In this document: piece by piece, positions 47,831-57,602 of the stretch
Layout: every line of letters starts with the position of its first letter
Position numbering within the stretch: the first letter of the stretch is position 1
NCBI GenBank assembly: GCA_965222075.1
Contig: OZ244937.1
Coordinates: forward strand, 3,488,001 to 3,552,000
Direction of reading: 5' to 3'
Source of the DNA: Candidatus Latescibacterota bacterium
GTDB lineage: Bacteria > Latescibacterota > UBA2968 > GCA-2709665
DNA length: 64,000 nt
Notes under the pieces: generated by a model
What the model saw: the letters and a program-made list of their open reading frames with translations, nothing else
Databases searched by the model: none
What the model was told of the DNA's origin: nothing
Translations under genes and position numbers: made by a program

Positions 47831-48616
47831 CTAAAGCTTGCCCTCCACAAAATCCAGGAACATCGGATTCCCCACCGTCACCCCCCCGTCCGCCACAATC
47901 GTCGCTCCGGTCACAAACGACGCCTCGTCCGACGCCAGGAAAAGCGCCACATTGGCAATCTCCTCCGGCTGTCCCACCCGCTGTAGAGGATACACCGTTG
48001 CCAACCGATCTAAAAGCTCCGGGTCCTTTTCCAGCGCCGGCTGCCAGGTATCGGTCGCAATCGTCCCCGGGCAGATCGCATTCACCCGAATGCCGTCCGG
48101 CCCGTAGTCCACCGCCATCGTCCGCGTCAGGGCGATCACCCCCGCCTTCGCTGCGCTGTACGCGCTCTCTCCAAACGACATCAGCGCATTCACAGAAGAA
48201 ATATTCACAATCGATCCGCCCTTCCGCTGAAACATCTGCGGAAGCGCCGCCCGGCTGCACAGGTAGGTGCTCTTGAGCACCCCTTCGATATTCCGGTCCC
48301 ACAACGCCGGCTCGACCTCCAGCACGTGGGTGCCCTTGCAAAAGTAGGCGTTGTTCACCAGAACGTCCAGCCCCCCAAATTGCTCCACCGCCGCATCCAC
48401 CGCCCGCGTTACATCCTCCTCAGCTGTCGCGTCGCCCACCACCAGCGCAGCCTCGCCCCCCGCCTCCCGGATCTGTGCCACAGCCGACGCCCCTCGCTCC
48501 TCGTTCAGCTCTAAGATCACCACCCGGGCGCCCTCCTGCGCAAACCGCACCGCCGTGGCCCGCCCGATGCCCGCGCCCCCCCCGGTAATCCAGGCAGTTT
48601 TATCTTTCAGCCTCAT
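47831..48616 (-). CDS. Short-chain dehydrogenase/reductase
   Basis: TGGGAGIG, VNNA, YSAAK, RVNAICPG, ADGG. Confidence 0.95.
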   Translation of the reverse strand: MRLKDKTAWITGGGAGIGRATAVRFAQEGARVVILELNEERGASAVAQIREAGGEAALVVGDATAEEDVTRAVDAAVEQFGGLDVLVNNAYFCKGTHVLEVEPALWDRNIEGVLKSTYLCSRAALPQMFQRKGGSIVNISSVNALMSFGESAYSAAKAGVIALTRTMAVDYGPDGIRVNAICPGTIATDTWQPALEKDPELLDRLATVYPLQRVGQPEEIANVALFLASDEASFVTGATIVADGGVTVGNPMFLDFVEGKL

Positions 48617-48652
48617 TGGACACACCCCTCACTCTGCCTCGTCTCCTGCCGC

Positions 48653-49042
48653 TCAATATAGCGCTCTCCGGATCTTTGGAATCGTCTCCGGATCGTACAC
48701 CGCCCGCTTCCCCGCCCGGATCTCCAGCACCTCCGCCAGCGTCTCCGACGCCCGCGCAACCAGATCCGCCAGATTGACCCCCCGCTGGCACGGCGGAAAC
48801 CCTTCCAGCTTCTGAATCCCCCGCTCAAGCAGGTGCTCTGCGCCGGGATAGTTCTCACACGTCAGGTGGTAATATCCCACCGCCACCTGAACCAGCCCCT
48901 GAAAAAAAAGCCGCTCCTGTCCCCTCACCTCCATCCAAACCTCTTCGAGTGTATCGTGACACTCAAAAAAGGCCTCATCGTTGAACTCGACGATGCCCTT
49001 CTCCAGCCCTGCTTCCACGTTGACCTCCGGCTCTTCAACCAT
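48653..49042 (-). CDS. DUF309 protein
   Basis: FNDEAFFECHDTLEEVW, FFQGLVQVAVGYYH. Confidence 0.9.
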   Translation of the reverse strand: MVEEPEVNVEAGLEKGIVEFNDEAFFECHDTLEEVWMEVRGQERLFFQGLVQVAVGYYHLTCENYPGAEHLLERGIQKLEGFPPCQRGVNLADLVARASETLAEVLEIRAGKRAVYDPETIPKIRRALY

Positions 49043-49078
49043 CCCACCCTCCTATCACGATCCGCCGTCCCTCCGACC

Positions 49079-49140
49079 GGGCGGACGGCTGTCCGCCCCT
49101 GCATCAACCCGTCCGTGGTCATCGGTGGTCATCGGTAGTT
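49079..49140. repeat. REP-like palindrome plus 10-bp tandem repeat
   Basis: GGGCGGAC-GGCT-GTCCGCCC, then GTCCGTGGTC ATCGGTGGTC ATCGGTAGTT. Confidence 0.65.
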
Positions 49141-49657
49141 ACTTTTCCCTCTCCCTCAAATAAACCTCCCGCCGCCTGATGTACCACTCCGCATTCTTCC
49201 GAAGCTGGGCCACCTCCGCCGCCGTCAATTCCCGCCTCGGCTTGGCCGGCACACCCGCCACCAGCGTCCGGGGTGGGATCTCCATCCCTTCCGGCACCAG
49301 GGCATTGGCCGCCACCAGCGCCTCCTCGCCCACGCGGGCCCCGTTGAGCACCGTGGCCCCCATCCCGATGGTTGCCCCCTGCTCGACGGTGCACCCGTGC
49401 AAAATGGCGCTGTGCCCCACCGTCACAAAATCCTCCACCCTGCAGGGATATCCCGGATCGGTATGCATCACGGTCCCGTCCTGCACATTCGTCCCCCGTC
49501 CGATCCAAATCGGCTCCGCATCCCCCCGCAGAACCGCGTTAAACCAGATCCCCGCCTTCCCACCGATCTCCACCCGCCCGATCACCGCCACGCCATCGGC
49601 TAAGTAGGCCGTCTTGTGGATGCGAGGGCTTTCCCCTTCAAATGCCAGAATCGTCAT
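49139..49657 (-). CDS. Gamma-class carbonic anhydrase family (hexapeptide repeat) protein
   Basis: VLRGD, NVQDGTVMH, TVGHSAILHGC. Confidence 0.93.
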   Translation of the reverse strand: MTILAFEGESPRIHKTAYLADGVAVIGRVEIGGKAGIWFNAVLRGDAEPIWIGRGTNVQDGTVMHTDPGYPCRVEDFVTVGHSAILHGCTVEQGATIGMGATVLNGARVGEEALVAANALVPEGMEIPPRTLVAGVPAKPRRELTAAEVAQLRKNAEWYIRRREVYLREREK

Positions 49658-49666
49658 GCCCACCGC

Positions 49667-50722
49667 CTACTCCTTGGCCTCTTCCTGCTCGCCCTTCTTT
49701 CCCTTCGCAGGTGAAAGCGGCCCCAGCACGAACTCCTTAGACCCCCGGGCAGATTCAGAGCCGCGCATCAGCCCTACGATAAAGCTGGCAGCACCAAAGA
49801 TCGCCGCCAGGTACAGCGCCGTCTCCTTGACCGAACCGCCCGCCTGCCAGGCGGCGAGCGCCCCCATGAGCGCCCCCGAGCTCGCGCCCCCCAGGCCCGA
49901 CATCACAGCCGTCCGCATTGCGCCTGTCCCCCGGTCTCCCAGCGTGCGCAGCCGGTCGATCTCCTCGACGGCGACCCGCCGCGTATCCAGATCGGTCTCG
50001 ATCAGGATCTGGCCGTTTTCATAAATGGGCACCAGTTCCCCCCGGATTACATTTCCATTCTTCAGCACCAGCTGTCCCGGCACGCGCCGACCCACCCAAA
50101 ACCGGAGGGCCCGCGTCTCAAAAGAGATCTCTTCATCCGTATACTTGGGGTAGTCGGCGTCCTCGGCAATCCTGGATATTTTGCCGATCTTATACTTTCC
50201 CTTCTGGATCTCTTCAAAGTGCTCGATATATTCCCGCAGCAGCCGCAGATCGTTGTCGTCCCTCATCGGAACCATCCGGTCCTCCAGCCTGGGCCCCGAC
50301 CGGTAACGGATCTTCACCCCGGGCTTCCCATCCGACCGCTTCAAAAACATCGCCGATTGGAACCCCGGCACCGCCATATTGAACAGCCTCAGATCGATCT
50401 TCTGGTTAAACGCATTTCTCCCATGAAACATGGCAAACCGATTGCTTTCTTCCAGATTGATCTCCCGGCCTACCATCGGACTCACCAGCACCAGCGTCCC
50501 TGTCACCTTCCGGATGTCTACGATGGCCCACCCATCATCCCCCCGACCGACAATTTTCCGTACAGCCCGTGTTTTCTCCCCCTTCCCCTCTCCAGCCTCC
50601 TTCTTACCCTCAGATCCTCCTCCATCCTTCGTATCCTCCTCCGCCCATACCCTCCCCGTGGCGACAAAGCTGCTCCACACCAGACAGAGTACCGTAGCCA
50701 AAATGACTGTTTTTTTGAACAT
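49667..50722 (-). CDS. Hypothetical exported protein with a C-terminal glycine-zipper TM pair
   Basis: N-terminal signal peptide, Sm-like segment GQLVLKNGNVIRGEL, GLGGASSGALMGALAA. Confidence 0.7.
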   Translation of the reverse strand: MFKKTVILATVLCLVWSSFVATGRVWAEEDTKDGGGSEGKKEAGEGKGEKTRAVRKIVGRGDDGWAIVDIRKVTGTLVLVSPMVGREINLEESNRFAMFHGRNAFNQKIDLRLFNMAVPGFQSAMFLKRSDGKPGVKIRYRSGPRLEDRMVPMRDDNDLRLLREYIEHFEEIQKGKYKIGKISRIAEDADYPKYTDEEISFETRALRFWVGRRVPGQLVLKNGNVIRGELVPIYENGQILIETDLDTRRVAVEEIDRLRTLGDRGTGAMRTAVMSGLGGASSGALMGALAAWQAGGSVKETALYLAAIFGAASFIVGLMRGSESARGSKEFVLGPLSPAKGKKGEQEEAKE

Positions 50723-50848
50723 AATCCACCCCTCTTGAGATTGGCATGTCCTCTTTTCCCGGCGCGAACTCAAAACTCAATTTACAGTAGTCGCCCGATA
50801 GAGTCAAGCCCAACACACGAGGGCCGCGCCCAAATCTCACATTGTAAC

Positions 50849-50879
50849 CGAACCGTTTCGCCCCTATCTTACGTCTATA
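50849..50879 (+). promoter_or_regulatory. ECF-type promoter CGAACC-N17-CGTCTATA
   Basis: AAC and CGT hallmarks upstream of the ECF fusion gene. Confidence 0.55.
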
Positions 50880-51016
50880 TGGTTGCTGACGGTCCATTTC
50901 GTAAGTTCGTGTGACATTCCCTTGGTATCCTTCCGTGACTCAAAAATGCAAAGCGCATAGCGTGAAAAGGCTTCTGTGATGCTTTGCGCCTTGCGATCTG
51001 CGCTTTGCGATCCGAC

Positions 51017-52840
51017 ATGGACGCATCCGATCCCAGCCTCATCCGCCGTACCCTGAGCGGCGATGCCGATGCCTTCGGCCAGCTTGTCGATCGCTACAAG
51101 GAGGCGGTCTACGGCGCCGCGTATGCCCGCCTCGGCAACTTCCAGGATGCCCAGGACATCGCCCAGGAGGCCTTCATCCAGGCCTACCGGTGCCTCGCCT
51201 CCCTGCAAACACACGGCCGGTTTGCAAGCTGGCTCTATGCCATCGTCTGTAACCTCTGCCGCGACCACTTCCGCACCCGCCGTGAAACGCTGCCCTTAGA
51301 AGAGGGGGCGTCCCTCGGCGCGTCCGATCCCGCCGACGAGCACGACCGCCGCGCCCTCCACCGGCGCATCCAGCGCGCCATCGCCGCCCTCTCCGACACC
51401 CACCGTGAAACCGTCACCCTCTACTACATCAACGGCTACACCTGCGACGAGGTCGGCCGCTTCTTAGACGTCCCCACCGGCACGGTCAAACGCCGCCTCT
51501 TCGACGCTCGCAAACAACTCAAAAAGGAGATGACCGACATGGTCCGCGACATGTTCGACGCCCACAAACTCCCGCCCAATTTCCGCAAGGTCGTCATTGA
51601 CGGGGGGGCCTTAGACCCCAAATCCGACACGCCTCGCCTCCACATCCGAGACCGCAAACGGCGGGGCTTTCCCATCGAAACGGGGGACTTCCAGGCCACA
51701 GCGATCTATATGCATCTGCAAAAGGATCTGCCGCCGCGCCCGATCACCTACGATCTGTTTCACGGGATCTGCAGCGCCTTCGGCATCGTCCTCGACGGCA
51801 TCGGCATCACAAAATATAGAAATCGCTACCGGGCGGACGTTACCTTCACGAGGGGCAAACAGTCGATCACCCTCGAAGCCGACCCCGGTGACGCCGTAGC
51901 CCTGGCAATCCGCTTCAACGCCCCGGTTTACGCAGACGAAAGCCTCTTAAAAGGCACGATCTTCCGGCGCCCCAAAAAGGCTCCGATGAAACTGCAGAGG
52001 CAGAAACCGCGCAAACGGTCTTCAATTCAGATCGCCGAAAATTCACCCTTCGCCCTGGTCGACAACTCAGGCGATAAAATCGAAAAAGCACAGATCGTCG
52101 TCAGTGTGCAGCGGCCGGCATCGCCGCCCTCCGAACGGACGCGTGCGCGTCGTATCTCAAATCCGGGAACCCTGCTATCCATCCAAATGGCCAGCGTGGC
52201 ACTGGAACCCAACTCCCGGCGTCCTCTCATCTGGCTGGCGGATAAAGAAAAGAGAACACACCTCCGCATCGTCATTGGCAACTACGAAGTGGGTTCCATC
52301 GCTTCTGCGCTTCCCAAAGCCATATTAAAATTGCCCGGTGGCGTAAAGGGGAAGACCACCCGGGACAGAGGATGGGCGTATGACCTGTTAAAAACTGTCC
52401 TGGACACCTTTGGTATCGTCCACGACCGAGCGGTCATCGACCTGCTCCACAGCGACACGTTCTACGCCTTCAGTTTCTTCCGCCGGGGCAAAACCGTCAG
52501 ACGGCTCGACACACGCCCCAGCGACGCCATCGCCTTATCGCTTCGTACCGGTGCGGAAATCGAAATCCACAAAACGGTTCTGGAGCAGGCCGGACTCGAT
52601 AGACACAAGATGCAAGAATTGCAGGAAAAAAACGGAAAAGAAAAAACAAAGGAACGACGGGTTGAAGTGCCTTACATTCTCAAGCGCGGCGACAAATTCC
52701 GTTTTGCGATCAAATCCTGCCGCAAGTTTACGTGGGAAAGCAGCCATCCGTCCATCGCCTCCGTCACCCCGGACGGCGTTGTGGAGGCGTACAAAGAGGG
52801 CAACGCGACCATCACCGCCACCTGGGTAGAAAAAAAGTAG
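51017..52840 (+). CDS. ECF sigma factor fused to two bifunctional nuclease (DUF151/BFN) domains and an Ig-like (Big_2) tail
   Basis: DAQDIAQEAF, SWLYAI, GTVKRRLFDARKQL; PRPITYDLF...ADPGDAVALAIR; DTFYA...LDTRPSDAIALSLR; TWESSHPSIASVTPDGVVEAYKEGNATITAT. Confidence 0.85.
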   Translation: MDASDPSLIRRTLSGDADAFGQLVDRYKEAVYGAAYARLGNFQDAQDIAQEAFIQAYRCLASLQTHGRFASWLYAIVCNLCRDHFRTRRETLPLEEGASLGASDPADEHDRRALHRRIQRAIAALSDTHRETVTLYYINGYTCDEVGRFLDVPTGTVKRRLFDARKQLKKEMTDMVRDMFDAHKLPPNFRKVVIDGGALDPKSDTPRLHIRDRKRRGFPIETGDFQATAIYMHLQKDLPPRPITYDLFHGICSAFGIVLDGIGITKYRNRYRADVTFTRGKQSITLEADPGDAVALAIRFNAPVYADESLLKGTIFRRPKKAPMKLQRQKPRKRSSIQIAENSPFALVDNSGDKIEKAQIVVSVQRPASPPSERTRARRISNPGTLLSIQMASVALEPNSRRPLIWLADKEKRTHLRIVIGNYEVGSIASALPKAILKLPGGVKGKTTRDRGWAYDLLKTVLDTFGIVHDRAVIDLLHSDTFYAFSFFRRGKTVRRLDTRPSDAIALSLRTGAEIEIHKTVLEQAGLDRHKMQELQEKNGKEKTKERRVEVPYILKRGDKFRFAIKSCRKFTWESSHPSIASVTPDGVVEAYKEGNATITATWVEKK

Positions 52841-52920
52841 GGGCGGGTTTCAAACCCGCCCCCGCATCCACCAATCGCCCTCGGCCTCTATCCGTGTCAA
52901 TCTGTGTTCATCCGTGGTTC
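52837..52920. repeat. GTAG REP-like palindrome and ATCCGTG-type 10-bp repeats
   Basis: GTAGGGGCGGGTTT-C-AAACCCGCCCC, then ATCCGTGTCA ATCTGTGTTC ATCCGTGGTT. Confidence 0.7.
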
Positions 52921-53550
52921 CCCACCCATCCCTTCCCCCGTAATCTCCGAAGCAATCCCATCTAAGATATAGGGGCGGTACTTCTGGAACCGGGTCCGCC
53001 TGTGAAACCACCACCCCCCCTGAACCGCTGTCCCGATCACCCGCACAAACTGCATCAGGGACGGCGGTTCTGCGTGTATTTCCCCGTACGACCAGAAGGC
53101 GATCTTTTGCCGCACCTCCTCCCGGCCGCCCTGCGACGTCCGGATCGGCTCGTTCATCGGAAAGAGGACCTCCCCGTCGAACAGTACCGACGCATCGCAC
53201 CGGTACTTCTGCGCGGCCCCCGATAGCCGCTCTCTCCCCGGAACCGCCACCCCCGTCACATAATCGATATCTTTTTTTTCCACCACATCCATGAAAAGTG
53301 TGCGCATCCGGTTTTTCAATCCTCCGTACTCATCTAAAAGCCGGAGCGACCTCGGGTTCACCCCCACATAGAGGTCTCCCAACCCGTTATAGCGCCTGCT
53401 CTCCGAAACAAAATCCTCCTCATTGTCGAACAACCCGATGCCGATGATATCCTCTCCATCCAGGGCCTTGAGTTGCGTCAGTCCCAACTCCGGCCTGTGC
53501 TGCAACAAGTCGTAGTGCCGCCGTACGTCTCGCTCGTTGAACGACCTCAT
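52897..53550 (-). CDS. Hypothetical protein translationally coupled to argH, possible RepB/primase-like fold
   Basis: ATGA overlap with the argH stop at 53547-53550; LYVGVNPR motif. Confidence 0.65.
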   Translation of the reverse strand: MRSFNERDVRRHYDLLQHRPELGLTQLKALDGEDIIGIGLFDNEEDFVSESRRYNGLGDLYVGVNPRSLRLLDEYGGLKNRMRTLFMDVVEKKDIDYVTGVAVPGRERLSGAAQKYRCDASVLFDGEVLFPMNEPIRTSQGGREEVRQKIAFWSYGEIHAEPPSLMQFVRVIGTAVQGGWWFHRRTRFQKYRPYILDGIASEITGEGMGGEPRMNTD

Positions 53551-54953
53551 CCCTCTGCCTCTTTTATTCGCTCCGCCAGGCGCTGCCATCCCTCTGCAAT
53601 CTGGCCCTGCACCGCCTTCCGGCCCGTTCCCCCGGGCAGATCCCGAAGCGCCGTACTCTGCTCCGGTGAAAGGACCTCTTTGACGTCCGCCTCGAACCGG
53701 TCCGACGCCGCCTGAAACGTCTCTAAGTCCAGATCCTCCAGCCGCATCCCCGTCTCCAGCGCCGTCCGGACCAGTTTGCCTACAACCTGATGACACGCTC
53801 GAAAAGGCATCCCCTTCCGAACCAGGTAATCGGCCAAATCCGTAGCCAAAATCATTCCATCCAGTGCGGTGAACATCCGGTCTTTGTGGACCGCCATCGT
53901 CGCCCACGCCCCGGCAAATACCTCCAGTGCCATCCAGACCGTGTCCACCGTATCGAAAAACGGTTCCTTGTCCTCCTGCATATCCTTGGCATACGTCAAC
54001 GGCATCCCCTTCATCACCGTCAACAGCGAGGTCAAATTGCCGTAAACCCGCCCCGTCTTGCCCCGCACCAGCTCCAGCGAATCGGGATTCACCTTCTGAG
54101 GCATCATGCTCGACCCGGTGCTGCAGGCCTCATCTAACGCTACAAACCCGAACTCCGAAGACGACCAGACAATTAGATCCTCGCAGAATCGGCTGAGATG
54201 CCCCATCAAAATCGCCGCTGCGGAAAGGTACTCTAAAAGGTAGTCCCGGTCGCTCACCGCGTCGATGCTGTTCTCTGTCACCCGCGAAAACCCCAGCTCG
54301 CTGGCCAGAAACGCGCGGTCCACCGGGTACGCGCTCCCCGCCAGCGCCCCCGACCCCAGCGGCATCGCATCGGCTCGAGCCGCGCTGTCCACAAACCGTC
54401 CCCGGTCCCGCTCCAGCATCCAGAAAAGCGCCATCGTATACTGGGAAAACCGGACGGGTTGGGCCTGCTGCAAATGCGTGTAACCCGGCATCACCACCTC
54501 GATGTGCCGCTCCGCAGAATCCAGCAGCACCGCCTCCAGCCGGTCGATCCGATCCACCGTCCCCCCGATCGCCTCCCGCAGATAGAGCCGCTCATCCAAG
54601 GCCACCTGATCGTTCCGGCTGCGCCCCGTGTGGATCTTCCCTCCCACAGGCCCTACAATCTCCGTCAACCGCACCTCCACGGCCATGTGAATATCTTCTA
54701 AGTCATCCGTCAGCGCCAGCTTCCCCGCTGCAATCTCCTCCTCCACCCGATCCAGCCCCTCTAAGATCCGGTCCCGCTCCTGTACCGTCAGCACCCCGAT
54801 CCGCTCCAGCGCCTTCGTCTGCGCCCGGCTACCTTCAATATCCACCCGGTAGAGCCGCCTGTCGAACCCGATCGAGGCGTTGAACCGCTCCACCACCGCC
54901 TCGGTCGTCTTCACAAACCGCCCGGCCCAAGGCTTCTCTTTGGAATTACGCAT
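53547..54953 (-). CDS. argH: Argininosuccinate lyase
   Basis: WAGRF, HTGRSRNDQVA, PGYTHLQ, GSSMMPQKVNPD. Confidence 0.98.
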   Translation of the reverse strand: MRNSKEKPWAGRFVKTTEAVVERFNASIGFDRRLYRVDIEGSRAQTKALERIGVLTVQERDRILEGLDRVEEEIAAGKLALTDDLEDIHMAVEVRLTEIVGPVGGKIHTGRSRNDQVALDERLYLREAIGGTVDRIDRLEAVLLDSAERHIEVVMPGYTHLQQAQPVRFSQYTMALFWMLERDRGRFVDSAARADAMPLGSGALAGSAYPVDRAFLASELGFSRVTENSIDAVSDRDYLLEYLSAAAILMGHLSRFCEDLIVWSSSEFGFVALDEACSTGSSMMPQKVNPDSLELVRGKTGRVYGNLTSLLTVMKGMPLTYAKDMQEDKEPFFDTVDTVWMALEVFAGAWATMAVHKDRMFTALDGMILATDLADYLVRKGMPFRACHQVVGKLVRTALETGMRLEDLDLETFQAASDRFEADVKEVLSPEQSTALRDLPGGTGRKAVQGQIAEGWQRLAERIKEAEG

Positions 54954-54984
54954 ACAGCCACCTCAATGGATTAATGAAGGCTTT

Positions 54985-56235
54985 TCAATCCGAAATCCGA
55001 ATTTCTATCTGTCCCGCCACGTGCTGCGCCTTCGCCCCCACACCCAGCACATTCAGAAACCCTTCCGAATCCCGGTGGTCGTAATCTCCCACTGCCTCCA
55101 TCGAAGAAAGCTCCGGGGAGTAGAGCGAATGGGAAACCCCCTTCGACGCCTGATAGGTCACCGTCCCCTTGTAAACCGACACCTTTACCGACCCCGCAAG
55201 CAGCGCATGCACCGGCGCCAGCGCACCCCGCATCATCTCCGAAGCCAAGTCGTAATAATACCCCTGATAGATCTGTTCCGAAAGCGCCGCCGAAAGCGAA
55301 TCGTAGAACCGCCGCGCCCTCCGGTCTAAGACCTGCTGCAGCAGGAACTCATAACAGGCCCCCAGCAGCGACATGCCGGGACTTTCGTACACTCCCCGCG
55401 ACTTGATCCCCACAAACCGGTTCTCCACCGTATGGATCCCGATCCCGACCCCGTTGCGCCCTCCGATCTCATTGGCCTTCAACAGCGCCCCCGTTGCATC
55501 CACCTCCTCCCCATTGATCCGGACGGGCCGCCCCTCCTGCAGTTCAACCGTAAACGTCTCCGGTTGGTCGGGCGCATCCTTGGGAAAAACCCCCATTCCA
55601 GACTCGATAAAATCCGCCGCCACATCCAAGTACTCCAGCTTCCCAGCCTCATGCGTCAACCCTAAGAGATTCGCATCGGTCGAATACGGCTTCTCCTGGC
55701 TCGCCGTAATCGGCAGTCCCCGCGCCTCACAGAACGCAATCATCTCCCGGCGGCCCCCGAAATACTCCAAGAACGCATCGTCCCGCCAGGGCGCGTACAC
55801 CTGCACCGTGGGATCCAGCATATTCGCCACCAGTTGAAACCGCACCTGGTCGTTTCCCCGCCCCGTGGCCCCGTGCGCCAGCACACCGATCCCCCTCCGA
55901 CCCATCTCCTCCAAGATCCCCCGGGTCGTCACATGGCGTGCAATCCCGGTCGTATTCCAGTACCCCCCTTCGTACTGCGCCCCGGCGGCCAGCACCGTCA
56001 GCGCCGCCTCGGCCAGCTCCTCCTTCAGGTCGATCAGCACCGCCTCGGCCGCCCCGCAGGCCAGCATCCGCTTCCGGATATCCTCAACATCCTCCTCATC
56101 CGGCTGTCCGATATCGGCCGTCACGCTTACCACCTCCACCCCCTGGTCCGCCAGCCACCGCGTTACCGTACAGCTATCCAGCCCCCCCGACGCCGCCAGC
56201 GCAATCCGTTTTCCCCTCAGGTCTTTCACGGTCAT
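54985..56235 (-). CDS. argG: Argininosuccinate synthase
   Basis: AASGGLDS, HGATGRGNDQVRF, YSTDANL, ENRFVGIKSRGVYE. Confidence 0.97.
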   Translation of the reverse strand: MTVKDLRGKRIALAASGGLDSCTVTRWLADQGVEVVSVTADIGQPDEEDVEDIRKRMLACGAAEAVLIDLKEELAEAALTVLAAGAQYEGGYWNTTGIARHVTTRGILEEMGRRGIGVLAHGATGRGNDQVRFQLVANMLDPTVQVYAPWRDDAFLEYFGGRREMIAFCEARGLPITASQEKPYSTDANLLGLTHEAGKLEYLDVAADFIESGMGVFPKDAPDQPETFTVELQEGRPVRINGEEVDATGALLKANEIGGRNGVGIGIHTVENRFVGIKSRGVYESPGMSLLGACYEFLLQQVLDRRARRFYDSLSAALSEQIYQGYYYDLASEMMRGALAPVHALLAGSVKVSVYKGTVTYQASKGVSHSLYSPELSSMEAVGDYDHRDSEGFLNVLGVGAKAQHVAGQIEIRISD

Positions 56236-56285
56236 GGAAGCTCACTCCTTAACTTACGGGAGGCAGGTCGACCCGCCGGTCGCCC

Positions 56286-57485
56286 CTAATACCCCTTCAA
56301 AATCTCATCCAGCGCCTCCACCGCCTCGTCGATATGCCCTTTCTCGATCACCAGCGGCGGCAAAAACCGCACCACATCCGGTCCTGCCACACACACCAGC
56401 ATCCCCCGCTCCCGAAACGCCCCCACCACATCCCCGGCCGCCACATCCTTCAGCACCGCCCCTGCAATGAGTCCCTTACCCCGGATTTTCGTAACCACCT
56501 CCGGATGGTGGTCCTTTACCTCGCCCAGTCTTGCGTGCAGATACTCCCCCTTCGCCTTCACCCCGGAAATAAACGCCGGATCGGACAACTGCTTGAACAC
56601 CTCGATCGCCACTGCGCACGACACCGGATGCGCCCCGAACGTGGCCGCATGGTCTCCCGGCTCGACCGCGTTCGCCACCGCCTGCCGCATCAGCGTCACC
56701 CCGATCGGCAGCCCTCCCGCCAGCGCCTTGGCCAGCGTCATCATATCCGGCTCCACGCCGTAGTGCTGGTAACAGAAAAGCGCCCCCGTCCGGCCCAGCC
56801 CACTTTGAATCTCGTCGAACACCAGCAGCATCTTCATCTCATCACAGAGCTGCCGCAGCCCCTTCAGAAAATCCGGTTCCGCAAGGTGAATGCCGCCCTC
56901 CGCCTGCAGGGGCTCTAAAATCACCGCCACCGTCTCCGCATCCACCAGCTTCTCCACCGACTCCAGATCGTTAAAATCGGCGAACGAAATCCCCGGCAGC
57001 ATCGGCCCGAACCCCTTGTGGTACTTCGGCTGACCCGTGGAGGAAACCGACCCGTAGGTGCGCCCGTGGAACGAATCCTTCATCGCGATAAATTTGTATT
57101 TGGGCTTCTCCGGAAAGGTCTTGTACGCCCACTTCCGGGCAAACTTCAACGCCGCCTCCCACGACTCCGTCCCGCTGTTGCAGAAAAATGCCCGGTCTGC
57201 AAAAGAGTTTTCACACAGCATTTCCGCCAGCTGCGGCGCCGGAATCGTGTGGTACAGGTTGGACACGTGAATCAGCCTCCCCGCCTGCCCCGCCATCGCT
57301 TCCTGAACCATACCAACGTTGTACCCCAGCGCATTCACCGACAGCCCGCTCACAAAATCCAGGTACCGGTTGCCGTCTGTATCGAACAGATACACCCCAT
57401 CGCCCTTCTCCAGCACCAACTCCGGCCGCACGTAGGTTTGGAGGATGTATTTCTGTTCCAGCTCGATGACTGCCTTTGTATCCAT
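56286..57485 (-). CDS. argD: Acetylornithine aminotransferase
   Basis: SFHGRT, EPLQAEGG, FDEIQSGLGRTG, LAKALAGG; operon context. Confidence 0.95.
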   Translation of the reverse strand: MDTKAVIELEQKYILQTYVRPELVLEKGDGVYLFDTDGNRYLDFVSGLSVNALGYNVGMVQEAMAGQAGRLIHVSNLYHTIPAPQLAEMLCENSFADRAFFCNSGTESWEAALKFARKWAYKTFPEKPKYKFIAMKDSFHGRTYGSVSSTGQPKYHKGFGPMLPGISFADFNDLESVEKLVDAETVAVILEPLQAEGGIHLAEPDFLKGLRQLCDEMKMLLVFDEIQSGLGRTGALFCYQHYGVEPDMMTLAKALAGGLPIGVTLMRQAVANAVEPGDHAATFGAHPVSCAVAIEVFKQLSDPAFISGVKAKGEYLHARLGEVKDHHPEVVTKIRGKGLIAGAVLKDVAAGDVVGAFRERGMLVCVAGPDVVRFLPPLVIEKGHIDEAVEALDEILKGY

Positions 57486-57602
57486 TGTTCGCTCCCTTAT
57501 GGTAAATCCTCATTGATCATTTTGTGTCCCCCATCAGGTGCACAGCAGTATAACCCCACCAAACGCTATGCCAACTCGCGTTCCACCGCCTCCTGCATGA
57601 CA

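Noticed and set aside
53550-53907. N-terminal extension of ORF 52897..53907
   Set aside because: Overlaps argH out of frame; the ATGA-coupled start at 53550 is more plausible.
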